DNA of 63,707 nt, filler included, from Olpidium bornovanus S191 (lineage: Eukaryota > Fungi > Olpidiomycota): the NCBI GenBank assembly GCA_017911155.1. It is 34 parts of 34 records of this genome, joined end to end, with 100 filler letters (N's around TTAATTAATTAA, not from the genome) between each part and the next. Parts side by side here need not be neighbours in the genome. Positions count along the whole stretch, not along the records: positions 1 to 1,117 come from JAEFCI010000630.1; positions 1,218 to 2,412 come from JAEFCI010004825.1; positions 2,513 to 3,680 come from JAEFCI010012570.1; positions 3,781 to 6,542 come from JAEFCI010003828.1; positions 6,643 to 7,816 come from JAEFCI010010105.1; positions 7,917 to 9,738 come from JAEFCI010010632.1; positions 9,839 to 12,109 come from JAEFCI010006237.1; 27 more parts are not named here. One strand, written 5' to 3'. The notes below the pieces were generated by a model. That model did no database searches. It saw only the letters and a list, made by a program, of their open reading frames with translations, and was not told the DNA's origin. The position numbers and the translations under genes were made by a program. Positions 1 through 12,109 of the stretch are shown here, piece by piece; position 1 is the first letter of the stretch, and each line of letters starts with the position of its first letter.

Positions 1-214
1 CCCGACGAACCCGTCGGCAGGGTTCGGCGGCGACTGCCGCCGACTTCCCACCGCCCTCCCAAATCGAGAATTACGACGACGACGTACAGCGCCTTTCGGA
101 CAAAAAGGCTCAACAAGTCCGCAAAGTCTGACGCTGGACGGACACCTGCCAACAACACCCGGTCGGCGGTGATCCCGGAGGCAAACTTCCGTCATCGCAC
201 CTTGGCCCCCTTAC

Positions 215-938
215 ATCTCAATTTCTCCTCCTTGTTTCCCTTTGCGCTGAAGGCGGACAGGCCGGCGATGAACTCCTTGAAATCGACGTCCCCGCCGCCG
301 TCCTCGTCGAATATCGCGATCATCCGCGGCGCGAGCGGGTTATTGGCGATTTGGGGGATGGCCAAAAACTCGTCTTTGTCTATGCTGCCGCTGCCGTCCT
401 TGTCCAGCTTCATGAACCGCTTGTATAGCCGCTGGATTTCATCCGCGGTGACTGTTCGTCGACAGGAAGGAGGGAGGGCCAGGCGGCAGCTCCGACGTTA
501 ACAAAACACCACGCACAAACTTTTGCAGTCCGGTCTGACAAATTCAGGATCGAATGGGGCGGGAGTATAGTGATGGTTCGCAGAGGGCAGGGGCCCGAGG
601 GCAGGGGCAAAGGCCAGATCGCCCAACTGGCGGGCGGGGCCTCTTTCCAGGGCGAAACCCGGGCCCGGCTTGCAAGACGCGGAAAGCGGACATATCGAGA
701 TTCCGGCCGGTTCAAACTCAGGGCAGCGCCGGGCCCGGAACGCAGGAGAAGAGCAAGCGTCTGCTCTCCCGCAAAACGCAGGCGCAGGGCCCCGCGCGGG
801 GTGACATGACCACACAGGGAATTTTGGGGTGGCGTGAGGCAGGGCCCGGGCGAAGGAGGGAGGAGGAGCGCCCGGGGACGCACAGTTCGAGAACTGGGCC
901 ATCTCGTCGACACCGGCCTGCGAAGCGGTTTGGCCCAT
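215..938 (-). CDS. CNB1: Calcineurin regulatory subunit B, 5' part (exons 938-884 and 451-215; 3' end off contig)
   Basis: Spliced product MGQTAS...[30 protein letters not shown]...[14 protein letters not shown]: N-myristoylation motif MGxxxS and two EF hands. Frame-preserving GTGCGT..AG and GTAAG intron boundaries. Confidence 0.97.
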
Positions 939-1019
939 GTTCGGTGATTACCCCGGAAAGGGAAGGTGGTGCGGACGAGGGCGCGGGGAAGGGGGGGCGG
1001 CAAGGGAAGTGTGCGGGGA

Positions 1020-1056
<37 letters not shown>

Positions 1057-1459
1057 CCGTTTTCTGTGCGTGCGTGCGAGCGGGGGAATTCCCGGGGGCG
1101 GACCGTCCGTCCAAAAANNNNNNNNNNNNNNNNNNNNNNNNNNNNNNNNNNNNNNNNNNNNTTAATTAATTAANNNNNNNNNNNNNNNNNNNNNNNNNNN
1201 NNNNNNNNNNNNNNNNNATTTGTCGGCGTTGGTCTACAGTGTCGACGGCCCGTTCCGCACGCACCGTACGGGCCGGAGGTTGAGCGCACGGAAACGGGGC
1301 ACACTATTCCCTTCACACCCCCCCCCCCCCCGCCCCCCCCCCCCCCCCGCCCCCTTTTTCCCCGCGCTCCCCCGGACTTCCCCCCCGCCACAAAAAATAA
1401 AAAGGAGGAAAAGAAAAAGTTGAGAGCGTGGAAACAGTAAAGAGAGTGCTGTCTGAACG

Positions 1460-2412
1460 ATGGGCGCCGCTCGCGACCAGCTCCGCTTCGACGGGCGGGT
1501 GGTCATCGTCACTGGGGCGGGAGGAGGCAAGTGCCAAATTCCGCCCGCGTTTCGCGTACCTTTTACTCCCCGCGTCTGCGACCCAAGACCACAGTGTCGC
1601 CGCACCTCACCTCACCTCAAACCGCGGCTGCGTAGGCCTCGGGAAAGTCTACTCTCTCTATTTTGCCCAGCGCGGCGCTTCTGTTGTCGTCAACGACCTT
1701 GGGACTACGGGAACAGGGGAGGGCAAGTCGGGCCGCGCGGCGGACAGTGTGGTCGAGCAGATAAAAGCCGCGGGCGGAAAGGCGGTCGCGAACTATGATT
1801 CAGTCGAGGACGGTGACAAGATTGTCGCCACGGCCATGAAGGCCTTTGGGCGCGTCGACGTAATTGTAAACAATGCCGGGTAAGTTTTGGAGAGCGGCCA
1901 GAAAGTTTATTTTGGGCTTCGTTGGGGAGTCGGCGGGGACTGCAGCTTTTGCAGCTTCAGGCGCCGCCCTTCAATGTCTTCGGGGCGATCTCCCTAGGAT
2001 TCTGCGCGACAAGTCGTTTGCCCGTATGAGTGACGCGGATTGGGATCTGGTACACAAAGTCCACGTTCGTGGTTCGTACAAAGTCACCAAGGCGGCTTGG
2101 GACATCATGCGGAAGCAGAAGTACGGAAGAGTGATCATGACAGCTTCTGCCGCTGGCATCTACGGTAACTATGGGCAAGCCAACTACAGTTCAGGTATGC
2201 TCCAGGTCTCGCTGCAAATCTTCCGTCCCGCACTCTTTCGAGCACTTCCGTGGGTGCCGTGCCTGTTAACACCCGGACCACACTCTGTTGTACAGCGAAG
2301 TTGGCGCTTGCCGGCTTCGGATATAGCTTGGCCCGCGAAGGCGCCAAAGACAATATTCATTGCAACATAATTGCACCCTTGGCGGCGTCAAGGATGACAG
2401 AGACTATCATGC
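1460..2412 (+). CDS. FOX2: Peroxisomal multifunctional beta-oxidation protein, first SDR domain, 5' part (exons 1460-1526, 1636-1879, 1998-2194, 2296-2412)
   Basis: [67 protein letters not shown]. All four exons splice in frame. Confidence 0.96.
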
Positions 2413-2512
2413 NNNNNNNNNNNNNNNNNNNNNNNNNNNNNNNNNNNNNNNNNNNNTTAATTAATTAANNNNNNNNNNNNNNNNNNNNNNNNNNNNNNNN
2501 NNNNNNNNNNNN

Positions 2513-3332
2513 CATGACCCTAAAGTGAGAAGTAGCCGGGCGCGATTCAAGCCAGAGCAATGCGGCCGAGGATAACGCACTAAACCAGCGATCACTGACC
2601 TCCAAAGACTACCCAGCGCTCAACGCCTAGGTGCTGACGGAGTTTTTCCATATCTGCAAAAAACATCAACAACCCCCGCAACGCCGGACGCTCAAATGCA
2701 GCGCGACGGGACATCACCTTGGACCAGATCCCACGTCGTGTTTTCCTCGAGGCACCCGGGGCTGTCACGCAACACGCCAAGTCATCGGCGCATCAGATTG
2801 TTACGTATCCTGCACGTGCACAGGATCGACTTCACGTACGGGGTGGATTTCCCGCTGCCCCGCTGGTCTGTCATTCACCCACGAGAAACCCGTAAGACCG
2901 GTTGACGCGCGCAAAAAAAAAAAAAAAAAAAAAAATAATAATAATAATAATCGAGGAGCGAACAAAAAAAGCCGGGACATAGTGTCCATACCGAACAGGA
3001 TGATGCGGTACGCTTTCGGGTCGAAGTAGCGTCGATCGCGCGCGGACGTGCCGCCGCCCGGGCCTCCGTGGACGTAGACGACTGCGGTTGCGTCGAAAAA
3101 AAAAAACAAAGAGTACCGTCAAACCGCTGCGCGCTAGGAGGAGTAGACAAAGGCCCACGCTGCGCCAGGATCACGAACGCGCCCGCCGCCGCGCACCAGG
3201 GTTTCCGCTGGGATTTCCACTTTCTTCGTAGTACAGCTCGTGCACCGCAGAGACTTTGAGCCGCCCTGAAGAACGCGGCTCCGGGATGGCGGGGTACAGA
3301 AGTTTCTCACGCGCGGCCTCCTTTGCATCCAT
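2513..3332 (-). CDS. Proline iminopeptidase (S33 alpha/beta hydrolase), 5' part, six small exons
   Basis: [70 protein letters not shown] (nucleophile elbow GGSWG). ATG lies in a CCGCCGCCATGG context at 3332. Confidence 0.94.
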
Positions 3333-3780
3333 GGCGGCGGATTTTCGCGCGATTCTCCCGTCGGCGGGCAGAAAAACTCTGGCGCTGGTTGGAGCTGGAC
3401 GTCGGCCTTAGATCGGCCGGTGGCGGGCAGCTGTGAGCTTTGGTGGCCTCACTGACCCGCAATACCAGTGAGATTTTCAACACCAAACTATAGCCACAGG
3501 TGCGACTAAGGTGTTTCGCTTGATGCATCCACTGCGGGACGCTATGGAACGAGGGAACCCGAGGCATCCTGTCGATTCCAAATCGCTGAATGCTGCCTTG
3601 GACAATGACGTCAATATTTACGGCATCGTGGCCTGAATCACCTTGGCGGCGCTGCAATATTGTGTGCAATCGCATCCATGNNNNNNNNNNNNNNNNNNNN
3701 NNNNNNNNNNNNNNNNNNNNNNNNTTAATTAATTAANNNNNNNNNNNNNNNNNNNNNNNNNNNNNNNNNNNNNNNNNNNN

Positions 3781-4636
3781 CATGGCGCGGAAGGCCCAAG
3801 CGCAAGCGGACGCGGTCAAGCAGGTGCGGGAAGGACCCTTTTTTTTGCAACGTATTTTCCCCTTGCCAAGTTTCCGACGTTTTTCGAAAACCGCGTTCTA
3901 ACAGCGCGCGACGTTCACTTTTTTGTTTCTTTGTTTTTTTTTTTGATATATTCCGGGTTTAGCGGGCCTGCATTTTCCGGTGGATGGCCGCAATGGCGAC
4001 CTACATACCGAAAGACGACATTTACCCCTACTTGTTGGCGATGATCGGGCCCCTTCACAGGACGGTAGACGACGAAACCGCGAAGGGCGACGCCATCGGT
4101 CAGTGGACGTTGGGGATCGCCCGCCGACCGCCTGCTAAACTCGCTCTGCTTGCCGACCGTTCCTAAAAGAGCCCGTTTTTTTTTTTTTTTTCTCGCCTCT
4201 CATTTTCATGCGTCACCGCAGTCGACCTCAAGCTGTTGGCGCAGGAGGTGCTGGATCTAATCCAAAAAGCCGCCGGCACGACCGACTTTCTGCACGTTTA
4301 CAACAGCGTCCGCGGCCGCATTTCCCTCGTGCGCGCGCAGAGGCGGCAGAAGCGCGTGGTTCAGGTTCGGGATTTTTTTTTTTTTTTTTTTTTCTGGAAT
4401 CCGCGCGCGCCTCCCGTTTTTGACCGTCGCATTTTTGAGAGAGACGCCCGACTCCCCTTTTTTTTTAACACGCGTTCTTTTGACCAACCGCCGCCCAGGC
4501 GACGACGGACCCCGAAATCCGCGCCAAGCGCAAGCTGGCCCGGAACGCGAGCAAGCGCGGCGCGAGAAAGCGGAAGAACGAGGAGTTCGCCAAGGCGAGG
4601 GAAAAGCTCTCCGTGGTGAAGAAGCGGAGGCACTGA
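3781..4636 (+). CDS. UTP20: U3 snoRNP/SSU processome protein Utp20, C-terminal exons
   Basis: RACIFRWMAAMA..YLLAMIGPLHR..DLKLLAQEVLDLIQKAAGTTDFLHVYNSVR..RRQKRVVQ..DPEIRAKRK matches the Utp20 C-terminal pattern as I recall it. Clean splicing; stop at 4634-4636. Confidence 0.85.
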
Positions 4637-5090
4637 AACGGTCCCCCTTCTTTCTCTTCAAACGATTTGTAAATATATTGTTCATAATTTTCTTCTGCAA
4701 GGAATCTGCAAAATCGGCGGGAGTCTCCGTTACGGCCGCTCTGGCGTTTTCCGCGTTTTCCCCTGCGCGCGCGCCCGTGCGTGCCCCGCCGCAAAAGCAA
4801 CCACGGGCAACGGCCATATCCCACCACTCCCCCCATCTTTCCGGCCGACTGTGCCAGCTGCAAGGCGTCTCCCTCCGCCGACGGTGCGTGGGTACCAGCT
4901 GAGGGCCTCTCCGTCGCCTCCTCCTCGGGCCGGGTGGTGGGAGACAGCCCGCCCCCACTCACGCGCCCAAAGACCTCCGCCCCCGCAACCAGCCCGGGTT
5001 TTTCCTCCTCTTTCCCTCCAATTCCGGACCCTTTTTCTTTTTTTTTTTTTTTTTTTTTTTTTTTCCCCCCCCCCCCCCCCCCCCCGCGCC

Positions 5091-5125
<35 letters not shown>

Positions 5126-5268
5126 CCCCTCACGCCCCTTCCGCTCTCTCCCCGCCCCCCGCCCCGGTCTTCTCCAAACAACCCGCACGTGTAAACAACA
5201 TATATCCTCCCGGCTCCGACCTCGCGTCCCCGACCCCCCCCCTGTTCCGCGCGCGCCTTGCCCAGGTG

Positions 5269-6542
5269 ATGCTGCTTCTTCGGTCCGCGCTCCGCCTGCC
5301 GGCCACGCCGGCGGCGCCCGCCGTTGCGCGGCGCGCCGCCGCCCCCGCCACTGCCGTCCCGGGCGGTGCGTGCGTAAGTCAATCTGTGTGCTCCTTCCCT
5401 CCCCCCACGCCCCACTTCCCGGAGGAAAAAGCGGCGAGGCGGCCGGCGGGGGGCGTGGGCCCCCCCCCCCCCCCGAGCCCCGCCCCGCCGCGTTCCCGAC
5501 TTTCCCCCACCTTCACGTTTCCGCGCGCGCCGGGCCGGGTTCAAAAAACCGCCCCGATCCGGAACGGCCCGACGACCCTCTTTCTTCTTTTTTTTTTTTT
5601 TTTTTTTTCCTGCCCAGCGCCGCCGCTACACCGCCGACGCGGTGCCGCCGAAGTACCCGATCCCTTGGGCCCATGCGGCGGTGGGTGCCGCGTGCTGTGC
5701 CCCGATCATCTATCACATGTTTACGAGGGAAAAAGCGCACCAGGAGCACGTGCCGGCGGCGATGGGCGGACACGCGGCCGCGGAGGCCGACGGCCCGGTC
5801 GAGTGCGCGCTCGATCCGAAGGTAAAAAAAAAAACAAAAACTCGGCCTTTTTTTCCTGCCTCCCACTTCGGCCGGGTTGCCGCGGCTGGCTTTTCCCCCC
5901 TTCCCCCGCACCCCCCCCCCCTCGCCCCCCTCGCGCAGCGGCTTTTTTTTTTGCCTTTTGCGCGCCGACGCGGGCGGCCCCGGGGGAAGGCGTGCCGGGG
6001 GTCACTGAAAAGCGCGTCCGTTGGTCCCCCCCCCCTCCCCGGCTCGTCCAGGAATTCAAGCCGTACGCGCTCAAGTCGGTCCGCGACGTCTCGCACAACA
6101 CGAAGATATTCTCCTTCGCCCTTCCGGACGCCACGAAGAGCCTCGGGTTGCCCGTCGGTGCGTGTGCGGGGAAGTGCCGCCGCGCACCCGGGAGGAGGGG
6201 GGGGGAGGGGGGGCAGAGCGGTGGGCGGCTGAAAAGCTCTTTCCGCTTGCTTTCGCGCTCTCGACAATTTTTGTTTTCCTTTTTTTTTACAGCCTCTTGC
6301 CTCTTGACCAAGTTCGACAAAGACAACGGCGAATCGGTGGTTCGGCCCTGTGCGTTTTCGGTTTGCTTTGGCGTTGTTGTTCGGGAACAAGGGACGCGCC
6401 CGTTCCGCACCGTTGCCCCGAGCGGCTGACGGTTTCCCGTCTGCGCCCCGGCCCGTTTTCCGCAGACACGCCGATTTCCACGGACGCGGACAAGGGCAAG
6501 TTTGATCTCCTCGTCAAGGTCTACGAAAACGGCCCCATGAGC
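5269..6542 (+). CDS. MCR1: Mitochondrial NADH-cytochrome b5 reductase, 5' part
   Basis: Arg/Ala-rich targeting-like N-terminus, hydrophobic anchor, then LDPKEFKPYALKSVRDVSHNTKIFSFALP..GLPVASCLL..VVRPYTPIS..FDLLVKVYENGPMS (FAD-binding RxYTP motif). Confidence 0.92.
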
Positions 6543-6642
6543 NNNNNNNNNNNNNNNNNNNNNNNNNNNNNNNNNNNNNNNNNNNNTTAATTAATTAANN
6601 NNNNNNNNNNNNNNNNNNNNNNNNNNNNNNNNNNNNNNNNNN

Positions 6643-7528
6643 CATGCTTACCGTCGTGTACCGGAGGCCGCCCCAGCTCGCCGCCCACTGGCCGAACGTG
6701 CTCCCGAAAGTGACCACCAGCTCGTCGCTGAGCGACAGCAGCCGCAGGTCGAGCAGGGCGGTCGCGTCGGAGCCGCCGGGGTCCCCGTTCGCTCCCACGT
6801 CGTTCCAGTCGATGTCGGAGTTGTAGCGGACGTTGCCGAGCAACCGCCCCATCTCGCCGCGGACGCCGTCGTCGTCCGCGGCGAGAAAATAGGTGACGTT
6901 GGACGGGTCGCCCGAGGAGAACGCCCCGAGGTTCAGGGCGGCGTTCGCGAACGAGCGGATCGGGGCGGGGTCAAACTTGTGTCTGCGAATTGGCGGGGAG
7001 GAGGAAGAGAGGGGGGGAGGGGAGTGGGGTTTGGTCAGCGGCGAGGCGAGCAGATGCGGCCGGGGTCAGCAGCGAACCGGCGGGGGTTTTTTTAATTTCT
7101 TTTTCTTTTCATTTTTTTTTTCATTTTCTTTTTTTTTTTTTTTACCTTCGCATGTGCAAGCCGACCGTGAAGCCGGGGGGGGTTTTGGCCGCGAAAATCC
7201 TCGCCCTGTCTTCGATGCCACTTTTCATGCGGACGGCGCGCCTCAGGACGCGGTGGGCGACCTGCCCGTCCGGAAACCACCGCCGCAGGGTGTCGCGGTA
7301 GTGCGGGTTGGCCTGCAGGAACGGCACAAAGTAGTCCCAGTGGCCGATGGCCCAGTGGTGCTCCCCGTACGCCCGTTCCAGGTCGTCGAGCGCCAAGGCC
7401 GCGAGCATGTCGTGGAAAACGTGCGTCACCGCGCGGTACTCGTAAGCGGTGCGGGTCTGCACGAACATGGCGGGCATGACGAACTCGACGGGCGTCGCCA
7501 TGTGCGACAGCAAACCCGTCGTGTCGAC
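6643..7528 (-). CDS. Fucosyltransferase-like glycosyltransferase (GT11/GT23/GT37 superfamily), internal exons 7528-7146 and 6982-6643
   Basis: Three GDP-fucose motifs in order: VGLHMRR (I), YFLAADD (II), DLRLLSLSDELVVTFGSTFG (III). Phase-2 GT-AG intron is in frame. Confidence 0.75.
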
Positions 7529-7539
7529 CTGGGTTCCGC

Positions 7540-7653
7540 GGGGAAAGGAAAATAAAATATAAAAAAAAGAAAAAGAAAAAGAACAAGAAAATGACAAAAA
7601 GCAAAGAAAAAGAAAAAGAAAAAGAAAAAGACAAACAGGAAAAGAAAAAAAAG

Positions 7654-7686
<33 letters not shown>

Positions 7687-7816
7687 AAAAAAAAAAAAAA
7701 AAAAAGAAAAAGAAAAGACAAAAAGGAAAAGAAAAGAAAGAAAAAGAAAAAAAAAAGAAAATGACAAAAAGAAAAAAAAAACAAAAAAACAAACAACAAC
7801 AAAAATATTAAAATCA
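7540..7816. repeat. A-rich low-complexity intronic tract
   Basis: Nearly pure A/G runs upstream of the 7528 acceptor (polypyrimidine on the minus strand). Confidence 0.9.
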
Positions 7817-7942
7817 NNNNNNNNNNNNNNNNNNNNNNNNNNNNNNNNNNNNNNNNNNNNTTAATTAATTAANNNNNNNNNNNNNNNNNNNNNNNNNNNN
7901 NNNNNNNNNNNNNNNNCCGTTTCTTGGAAAATTTCTAATTCA

Positions 7943-8988
7943 TACCTCCAAATCGACTGCAATCTCCTTTTCCTGCTCTAATTTCATGATCAATGAACAT
8001 AGATCCTCCTTCGTATCTATCCACGTCGCCGATGTCTCCTCGAAAGGATGGAATTGTATCGGTTCCTGCAATTCTAGGAGGAAATCCGGCGGTGTGTAAT
8101 GGTTGATCTCGTACTCGTATGGGTGAGGTGGAGATGCGATGCTATCAAACTCGATTGGTCCTGCTGCACCCGCCCGCACGTTGCAGAGTAAGCCCTCGCA
8201 AACTAAACGCACGACGGCGATATCGTTTCACTCACGTTTGAACGGCACCATTGCGTGCGGCTTTTCCCTCAGCAACTCTATCCACGGGACGTTAGGTGAG
8301 TTGTTGATTTCGTCCGCAAACAAAAGCTGCGGACGCGGAATGTTGGCCGCGTGTATTAGGCTGTATTCCCGTACTTCTCCTGGTCGCTTTATCTAGCCCG
8401 AGGAGGTATGTAAGCGACGACGTTTGTTGCAGGAAGAAGCGTTTCCGCTTCCGCAACCAACGTGAGCACAGACCGACGCCTGCGCCTTCGTTGCGGTAGG
8501 CGCGAAAACGCTTTTTGAGGCTTTGTTTGACCCCGAGGCCTCGTCAAGATTGCAATCCTAACAGCGCGTTTGGGAGGAAAACACGACCGGCTTAACACCA
8601 CCGGCTTCCAGCCAAAGCCTGTTCAAGTCGGTCCCGGCCTGCGTACCGCTTCCTCCAGGAGGGCGTCGACGGTGTCAACGACGAGGTCGAAGCGGTCGCA
8701 GACGTGGTCAAAATCAGCGAACTCTTCGATTTGGTGCCCCGAGCCGCGACCGGCGGCGTGGGCTATGAGTCGGTTAGCGAGCGCCAGGACCCGCGCAGAC
8801 CCCTCGGCAAGAGCCGCCGCGGCCTGCGGATCTACAGACTTCTCAAAGGCCAGGTCCTCCCCGTCCGGCAGTGCGTTGGAGGTCCTCACGGCCTGCGCGA
8901 GCGCAGCGAACAACTTCGACGAGACGGCGCCAAGGTCGTCCAGCAGCGAGCACGCCGGGCTCCCGGCGGGGATTCTGCAGTCCGCCAT
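7943..8988 (-). CDS. RRP6: Exosome 3'-5' exonuclease Rrp6, 5' part
   Basis: PMC2NT-like N-terminus (AVRTSNALP..DLAF..FDLVVDTVDALLE), RPQLLFADEINN, PHPYEYEI..WIDTKEDL..IAVDLE (start of the exonuclease domain). Confidence 0.93.
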
Positions 8989-9184
8989 CGTTTGCCCTCC
9001 TGGTATCCGCAAGAACGACGGGGAGACGAAACCTGATGACGCCTTGCTGGCTGTCGGACGGCGTGGGACGCAGACGCGGCGCTCCAAAACGACCCGGGCA
9101 GCGCGGCGTGTGCTTTCCGCAACGGTCGGGGAGAAGGTGGTGGGGGGGCGTGGGGGTGGGGGGGGGGGGGGGGGGGAGTTGAAG

Positions 9185-9738
9185 TGTGGTAAAATATGCC
9201 CTCCGGATTAGGAGACCCCCGGGAAATCCAAGGGAGCCGCGCAAGGATTCGAAAGAAGGGGAATACTGTTCTGTTTCTTCGCGGTGTTTTGATTCTGCGG
9301 ATTCCGCGCCTATTTATGTTGGGATTCCGTGCGGATTCTGCAAAAGGGGGAAAGGGGGAAGTAATTCGTGTAGGAGCTGTATCCGTGCTGCCCCCTGGCT
9401 GCGCCCCCCCCTTTTCCTACACCCCACCTCTCCTAACGAATATATCTTCCATGGTCGCGCCAAAAGCTATCTAATTGCGTATTTCTTCCTTTTGTGGTGC
9501 TTCTTCCGGGCGGTTAGGCGTGTAAATGCGCGTGCGCAAATCTCAGCCGTCGACCTTGCCCATTCCAATGGCTTCTTTAAATGAGGCGAACTTCAGCCTT
9601 TCCAAAGGCTTTGTGAGCATGTCCGAGGGGATATCTTTGGGATCGACCCTCTCGACGGCGATGGCTCCGTCCGCAGCGCATTGGCGAAGGTGGTGGTAGC
9701 GTATGTCTATGTGCTTGGATCGCCTGGATGTTTTGACG
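9185..9738 (-). mobile_element. Ty1/copia 3' end: RNase H C-terminus (9738-9543), polypurine tract, putative 3' LTR (~9421-9185)
   Basis: Translates RSKHIDIRYHHLR..DMLTKPL..IGMG*. Purine run GGAGAGGTGGGG is followed by TGT; the candidate LTR ends ACA and contains ATAAATA. LTR limits are inferred. Confidence 0.85.
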
Positions 9739-10965
9739 NNNNNNNNNNNNNNNNNNNNNNNNNNNNNNNNNNNNNNNNNNNNTTAATTAATTAANNNNNN
9801 NNNNNNNNNNNNNNNNNNNNNNNNNNNNNNNNNNNNNNATGATAACCACGGAGATATGATGCCAATGGAGGTCCAACCGGGCTGCGGGTGAATGCTGTAG
9901 GCGATGATAAAATCAGTTTGGGACTACAAGCAGGTGGAGCCGATGGTCACGGCACCATGGCGGTGCTATGACATTGCGGCATGGTGACCGCGGGTGGTCT
10001 CGTAGAGCTAGCGGCCCGGCACGGTGCGGTACACACCTTGTGCCAATAAGAAAACCACGGGTGCAGTCATTGGCACAATAAGCTTCGGCCGCAGGCACGA
10101 ACATCCCGTAATGCATGGCAGGCAAGGTTTGCAGCCCGTGACAGGTGACAGTGTGTGAGAGGCAAATATTGGCGGGGCGGTGCGCGTTGCGAACGTAGCG
10201 GCAACCGCCGGCCGGAACAGCAAGCACGCTTTGCGCACGCGATGCCTGCCGGCCAGGTGGTGCGCGCCGGCGGTTTCGCATTTGCTGCGCGCGGATGTTT
10301 GTTCCGCGCACTCGGCTTTCTTGGCCAAGCTGGCGATTCGATGGTGGATCTTCCGTCGTGTTTTCCGCGGCGGGAAAAGGGGCCGAATTCCCGCGTTTCC
10401 CGCTGCATTACCGTTTCTTTGCCGGGGACGACAATCCGGGATGTCTGACCCTCAGGGGTTGCACTCAGCTACTACCAGTCGCTTTGGTAAATCACAGGCA
10501 AACCCCCCAAGCCGGTTGGCTGCTGACGATGTAATGGGACAGTTATTCCACGTCAGGACCGGCGCGACACGGGGAACCGTTCTTTTCGTGCAGCGCCACG
10601 CCGATGCTCGCCGCGACCCCAGCAGGATCCGCCGCCAGAGGTCGCGGTGGGTGCGCCTGGACGCTCGACGAAAGCTCGCTTTCGGGCTTGGACCGGGAGC
10701 AGGTCACGTGCTCGCCGACGCGGCTTTTCCTCTCTTCCGCCCGCCCCCTTTCGGGCGTTGAACTGGTCCGCTTAAATCTGGCAAGGAACCGACGCCGCGC
10801 ATCCCTGCCCTCGCCGCATCCCCCGCCCTTCCCACTCCCTCCCCTTCCCCGCCCCTCCCGCGTTCCGGGGCGACGGATGGTCTTTGGCCCCGAGCGCCGT
10901 CTGCGCCGTGTGCTGCCCGGATCCCCGCCGGCTCCTTTTGGGATCTGCGGCCATCTGCCTCGACG

Positions 10966-12109
10966 ATGCTTGCTGACGACGCGCCAGAAGCGCAATACGC
11001 GCGAAAGCAGCAGCAGCAGCACGTGCGGAGCGACTCCCCTCCATACGCCGGCGCCGCCCGCACGTACGCTCCCGCGGACGGCGGAGATGTAAACGGCGGG
11101 CGTGTCGCGCGCTCGCGCGAACGGGACCGCTACCGCCCGGCGGACGGGAGCCCCGAAGACCGGCCCCTGTCGCCCCCCGCCGCAACGTCGGGGCGCTACA
11201 ACGGAAACCATGATGAGCGACCCGGCGGCGGTGACCGATTTCATGCGAAGCCGGCTGTGGGCGACCGGTACGCCTACCATCGGGATCACCAACACGGTCA
11301 CCGGGCCGCCGGCTTCTACCGCGCGAACCCTCGCCAGAACAGCGGCAGCGGCGGCAACAACGGGCACGGCAACCACAACAGTTACAGGAGGGATGCTCGG
11401 CCGGCCTACAGCTATGACCACAGGCGGACCCGCGACGCAAACGGCAGCTCGTCATACAGAAATGACGTTGCTGCCCGTCGGCGCTCGCTTTCAACTGGAG
11501 AATCGGATGACGGGGGGACGATCAATTTTCATTCCGACGAGGCTGAGCGCGGGCGCAAGCACTCCCGCCAGAACAGCGAGAGCCAAGAGAGGCCGCACAG
11601 CCAGCACAGCGATGAGCGCGGCCGGAACGCGCGGAACCGCGCGTCCAGTTCGAGTGGAGAGGGCTGGCACAAGATACGGGAGGTCACGGATATCAAGAGT
11701 GGCGACTGGCACCATGGCGACAGCCGTTTCCAGGCCCGACACGTGGGTGACACGCGCTGCCGAACGGGAAAGCATTTGAACGATGACAGGGCCGAAGACC
11801 GTAACGACGGCAGGCAACAACGGAGCACCAGTTGGATACGCCAAGGCCCGTCTCGCACCAGGGAAGTATCCACACAGTGGCACCACCAAAACGGATTGAG
11901 GCGGACGCTGAACTACGATGAGCGAATTCGAGACGAAGAAGGTGGCTCAAAGTATCGTACGAGTAGGGACCACCGAGAGCTGGCAATCACCACTAATTCT
12001 CCCTCGCCACCCAAGGAGAAAAGAGTGAAAAAGTCTACTTTTCCGAGGGTCGGATCCCCTGTTATGGACACCGGAACTGCCCAATATGTCATTGCTCGGA
12101 ACGTTCATG
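10966..12109 (+). CDS. Arg/Ser/Asp-rich low-complexity protein region (partial, family unassigned)
   Basis: Single open frame of >380 codons with RS/RD-rich composition, open to the contig end. No diagnostic motif seen. Confidence 0.55.

Noticed and set aside
9369-9421. 53-bp element bounded by TGTAGGA..TCCTACA, read as a MITE
   Set aside because: Too short, with no evident TSD; better explained as part of the copia LTR.
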